Origin: an uncultured Gammaproteobacteria bacterium
GTDB lineage: Bacteria; Patescibacteriota; Microgenomatia; Levybacterales; UBA12049
Reading direction: 5' to 3'
Length of the DNA stretch: 64,000 nucleotides
Assembly: GCA_964540055.1 (NCBI GenBank)
Contig: CAZILC010000003.1
Span: forward strand, 21,599-85,598
Below, piece after piece: positions 60,460-64,000 of the stretch; position 1 is the stretch's first letter, and every line of letters begins with the position of its first letter. The position numbers were made by a program, and so were the translations under genes. The notes beneath the pieces are model-generated. The model had not been told where the DNA came from, searched no databases, and worked only from the letters and a program-made list of their open reading frames with translations.

Positions 60460-62442
60460 TTACCCTTTTAAATTGGCATTGAATTTTCCCTTGAGGACTT
60501 TGAGGATTTTTTCTCGGATTTCTCCTACTTCTTTATCACTCAAATTCTTATCATCACTTTGATAAACAATATGAAATGTTCTGGTTTCATGATATTTATC
60601 AAGTAAAGAAACCTCACGAATTAAAATGCTTTGCTTTTGTATTTCTTCCACAAGTTCTCCCGTTTGAACATTTGCAGGTGCAATAATTGCCAAGTCTTCA
60701 ACTATTGGTGGATATTTGCTTATTGTTTTGAAAACTTTTTTCAGCGTTGCATGCTGCAATATTGTTTGAAGATTTATTTCAAATGCCAACGTGTTATCTT
60801 TAATAACTTTAACAACTCCAACTGATATTTTTTTATTTTCTTCGGTAAGAGAAATCTGTATATCTCCAGTATCTAAGTTTGAAAATTCCAGATTTGAGAT
60901 ACCAATATCAGTTAATAATTCTACAAGTACTCTTTTTATTTCATAGAATATTTTCTCAGTTTTTTTAGTATCTTTTATTACACCAGCAAGCATTAAAATC
61001 TGATCCGGCAAATTGTTTCCCTTTTTGAGATAAACATTACCAACTTCAAAAATTTTGACTTTTTCATAATCCTTATTCGTATCAATAACTTCAACCAGAC
61101 TTGGAGTTAATGTAGCTCGCATATAAACCATATCGTCATTTAGAGGATTTTGAATTTTTACTCTTAAATTTTCGGCAACTACATTAGGATATAATGATTC
61201 TGAAACCATAGGATAGGTATACACTTCAGTGAATCCCCAATATTTAAGTGCGTCTTTTATTCTGTCTTCCCAATAAAATTCATTCTCTCCCAAATGCAAA
61301 AAGTTCGCTGTTGCCGTAGGTGGTAAGGTATCCGGGATATTCTCATATCCATAAACGCGTGCAATTTCTTCAATTAAGTCTTCAGGAATTTGCATATCAT
61401 CTCCGCTCTTGTACGGAGGTACTGTAACGATAAGGGTTTCGTTTTGTTGTTTTACACCAAAGCCCAAACTTGTTAGGATTTCAGTTGATTTCTTAAGAGG
61501 TACAGGAATTCCGATGACAGAATTAATTTTTGATTCCGTGAGTGTAATACTAGTTTCTTTTGGCCTTTTTGGATAAATATCATAAATTTCCGAAATAATT
61601 TTCCCGTCAGCTAAGGTTTGGAATAACGCAATTCCCCGCGCTAGTGCATCGCTTGCTATTTCTGGATTGATTCCTTTTTCATTCAGTATTACAGCTTCTG
61701 TGCGGATACCAGTTTCCATAGAAGTTTTTCTCAAGCGTGTTGGTTCAACATTGTCGATAAAAAAGAGGATTCGTTTTGTATCTTTCGTGACGACACTATT
61801 GGCAGTTCCCATGATGCTGATCAGATCAATAATTTCTCCTTTGCCATTATCAGCTACGATATCTCCACCTGTTAACGTATATTCTTTTTCATCAAGTGTT
61901 TTTATTTTTTCGCCTTTTTTTGATTCACGAATGTAGAGAGTATGATTGGATAATCTATCATAATCGAAAACATGTGTGGGATGTCCAATTTCACGCATTA
62001 CATAATTGGTAACATCAATGACATTGTTAAGACTTCTAATTCCTGATGCTTCTAATCTATCTTTAACTTTTTGGGGTGATTCTTTAATTTTTATTTCCAT
62101 GATGACTGCGCAAATTCTGTTAACGAGTTTTTCATCAAATTTCAAATGCAACTGCGGATTTTCTTTGGAGTTATTTTTTGGCAATTGCAGTTTGGGTTTA
62201 ATAAATGTTGCATCAATTCCTGATTGCGGAAGCACTGTTGCAGCCTCTTGTGCTATACCGACAACTGACATAAGATCCACTCGATTGGTAGTCACTTCAA
62301 TATCATAGACAAAATCATCTTTGAATTTTTCAAGTCGTTCAATTGAAACACTGGTGAGTGACAATTTTTCTGCAATTTTTTTCGGTGTTGCTGAAGTTTT
62401 TAGATATTCTCTAAGCCAACTGTCTAAAATTTTGATATTCAT
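60460..62442 (-). CDS. pheT: Phenylalanine--tRNA ligase beta subunit (lacking the B2 domain)
   Basis: IEVTTNRVDLMSVVGIA, VIDVTNYVM, DLIEEIARVYGY, C-terminal FDX-ACB. Confidence 0.95.
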   Translation of the reverse strand: MNIKILDSWLREYLKTSATPKKIAEKLSLTSVSIERLEKFKDDFVYDIEVTTNRVDLMSVVGIAQEAATVLPQSGIDATFIKPKLQLPKNNSKENPQLHLKFDEKLVNRICAVIMEIKIKESPQKVKDRLEASGIRSLNNVIDVTNYVMREIGHPTHVFDYDRLSNHTLYIRESKKGEKIKTLDEKEYTLTGGDIVADNGKGEIIDLISIMGTANSVVTKDTKRILFFIDNVEPTRLRKTSMETGIRTEAVILNEKGINPEIASDALARGIALFQTLADGKIISEIYDIYPKRPKETSITLTESKINSVIGIPVPLKKSTEILTSLGFGVKQQNETLIVTVPPYKSGDDMQIPEDLIEEIARVYGYENIPDTLPPTATANFLHLGENEFYWEDRIKDALKYWGFTEVYTYPMVSESLYPNVVAENLRVKIQNPLNDDMVYMRATLTPSLVEVIDTNKDYEKVKIFEVGNVYLKKGNNLPDQILMLAGVIKDTKKTEKIFYEIKRVLVELLTDIGISNLEFSNLDTGDIQISLTEENKKISVGVVKVIKDNTLAFEINLQTILQHATLKKVFKTISKYPPIVEDLAIIAPANVQTGELVEEIQKQSILIREVSLLDKYHETRTFHIVYQSDDKNLSDKEVGEIREKILKVLKGKFNANLKG

Positions 62443-62443
62443 A

Positions 62444-63481
62444 TTAAAATTGTTTTAAGAAATCCAAATCATTTGAATACAAAGTTCTCAGATCATCAAT
62501 TTTTATACCATCTTTCATCATAAGAACGCGCTCTACTCCCCAACCAAAAGCAAAGCCGGTGTATTTTTCAGGATCAACTTTGCCGGCTTTTAGTACATTT
62601 GGATGCACCATTCCTGCCCCGCCAAGTTCCAGCCACCCTTCTTTACAGAGGCGACATCCTTTTCCCAAACAAACTCCACAAGTAATGTCTACTTCAAAAG
62701 ACGGTTCGGTAAACTGAAAATGATACGGACGGATTCTGCTTTTGCGGTTTTCTCCGAAATATGATTTAACAAAATAATTCAGAGTTCCTTTCAGATCTGA
62801 AATCGCAATATTTTTTCCGACAACAAGTCCTTCGAATTGATGAAACATTGGGGTATGACTGACATCGGATTGCCGTCGATAGGTCTTGGCTATATTTAAC
62901 ATTTTAATTGGCAATTTGCCTTTTTCCATTTCGCGGACTTGTCCTGATGATGTGTGAGGTGTCAAAAGAACAGGACCTTTTTTTGGATCTGGATTTTGCT
63001 CAATAAAAAAAGTTTCCCAATCATCGCGCGCTGGATGATTTTGAGGAAAATTGAGTGATGTAAAAGCATACCAATCCCATTCAATTTCAGGATAACGGAC
63101 TCGAGTGAAGCCAATTTCGCTAAAAATTGCTGTAATTTCTCTTATTGTTTGAGTAACCAAATGCAGATGACCAAGTTGTTTATCCGTTTCATTAACCGGT
63201 TCAGTTACATCAAAATTTGGACGTACCTGTGATGACGTTTTATTTAACGACGCAAGACGAGTTCTAATTGTATCCTCAATAATATTTTTTACTTCATTTG
63301 TGAGACTTCCGATTTTTGGACGGTCTTCTTTCGCAACATTGCGAAGTTCTTTTAGTAATTGTGTGACTTCACCATTTCTACCAAGAAATTGAATTCTTAT
63401 TTCTTCGAGTTCTTTTGGAGATTTTGTCTCCAAAATTAAGGAGATTGCATTATTTTTTATTGCTATTAATTTCTCTTCCAT
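62444..63481 (-). CDS. pheS: Phenylalanine--tRNA ligase alpha subunit
   Basis: HPARDDWETF, HTSSGQVR, HTPMFHQFEG, FTEPSFE, GFAFGWGVER. Confidence 0.97.
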   Translation of the reverse strand: MEEKLIAIKNNAISLILETKSPKELEEIRIQFLGRNGEVTQLLKELRNVAKEDRPKIGSLTNEVKNIIEDTIRTRLASLNKTSSQVRPNFDVTEPVNETDKQLGHLHLVTQTIREITAIFSEIGFTRVRYPEIEWDWYAFTSLNFPQNHPARDDWETFFIEQNPDPKKGPVLLTPHTSSGQVREMEKGKLPIKMLNIAKTYRRQSDVSHTPMFHQFEGLVVGKNIAISDLKGTLNYFVKSYFGENRKSRIRPYHFQFTEPSFEVDITCGVCLGKGCRLCKEGWLELGGAGMVHPNVLKAGKVDPEKYTGFAFGWGVERVLMMKDGIKIDDLRTLYSNDLDFLKQF

Positions 63482-63508
63482 ATTATGATTATACCATTGA
63501 AAAATATG

Positions 63509-64000
63509 TTATCTTCCTACTAAAAGAAAACTAGTATAATTTTCTTTCAAATCCTGTAAATTATCTTCTACAATATGTAAATTATATAATTCTGCAAGGA
63601 TTTTACTTCCCATCGTCGCAATATTTTTTGGCAGTTTCCCCTCTCCCAATTTCTGAGCAACTAAAGCATGATCAATCAATTCTCCCTCTCCTGATGTTTT
63701 TTCTAAATTTGGATATTTTTGTTCCAAAGTTTTTTTGCATTGAGCAAGACTTTGCGGATGCGTCATGATTGTTGTGATATCTTTAAGTGTTGCGTCTTTT
63801 CGAATCATTAATGCATGAGAAATAATAATTGCAAATTCCTCAATTATTGAGAATTTGTATTGTGCCATTGCTTCTACTGATTCCATAACGATTCCACCAA
63901 TTGAGTTATGTGTCGCAAAAAGTCCTTGATCGACATCACCTTCATGTAATGCTCGAAGAACATTTTTTGATGTGTGGAGATATTCGATTTTATAATTTTC
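63509..64000 (-). CDS. pheA: Prephenate dehydratase catalytic domain without ACT domain (5'-partial)
   Basis: Frame open to the window edge: ...GLFATHNSIGGIV, THPQSLAQC, EDNLQDLKENYTSFLLV; stops right after the TxF motif. Confidence 0.8.
   Translation of the reverse strand, partial: ENYKIEYLHTSKNVLRALHEGDVDQGLFATHNSIGGIVMESVEAMAQYKFSIIEEFAIIISHALMIRKDATLKDITTIMTHPQSLAQCKKTLEQKYPNLEKTSGEGELIDHALVAQKLGEGKLPKNIATMGSKILAELYNLHIVEDNLQDLKENYTSFLLVGR

Overview
Chromosomal segment of a small-genome, moderately AT-rich bacterium using genetic code 11 (TGA is a stop). It is most consistent with Patescibacteria/CPR of the Microgenomates type (inference): type IV pilus set with no secretin in the window, short PheT, truncated HolB, many N-anchored Pro/Thr-rich surface proteins and near-universal leaderless genes. 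Core genes: folD, gyrB-ppa-gyrA, rarA, holB, csp, trmD, khpA, rpsP, rnc, nusB, rpmF, recG, tyrS, PBP1A, pheST and a partial prephenate dehydratase. The type IV pilus system is split into pilB-pilT-pilC and pilD-pilins-pilMNO. Between the halves lie a lone receiver, orphan genes and a tandemly duplicated 'membrane-anchored amino-acid SBP + dCache histidine kinase' module. The most striking signal is a dispersed set of self-promoted orphan genes resembling actinomycete regulators: (1) a protein missed by the ORF track with at least 5 tandem GntR-type wHTH domains; (2) a giant GntR-UTRA protein with four exactly 93-aa-spaced internal repeats; (3) a Streptomyces-type HATPase_c anti-sigma-like protein; (4) a divergent SsgA/SsgB-like protein; (5) a 2OG-Fe(II) oxygenase. 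Together they form a candidate host-manipulation repertoire. Also present: a PAP2/DAGK lipid-remodelling island, duplicated Cys-rich surface proteins (one with a dockerin), a structured small-ORF element at 52.1-52.4 kb and heptamer microrepeats, one inside a pilin gene. No tRNA, rRNA, CRISPR array, integrase or transposase was seen. All family calls come from reading motifs by eye, not from database searches.
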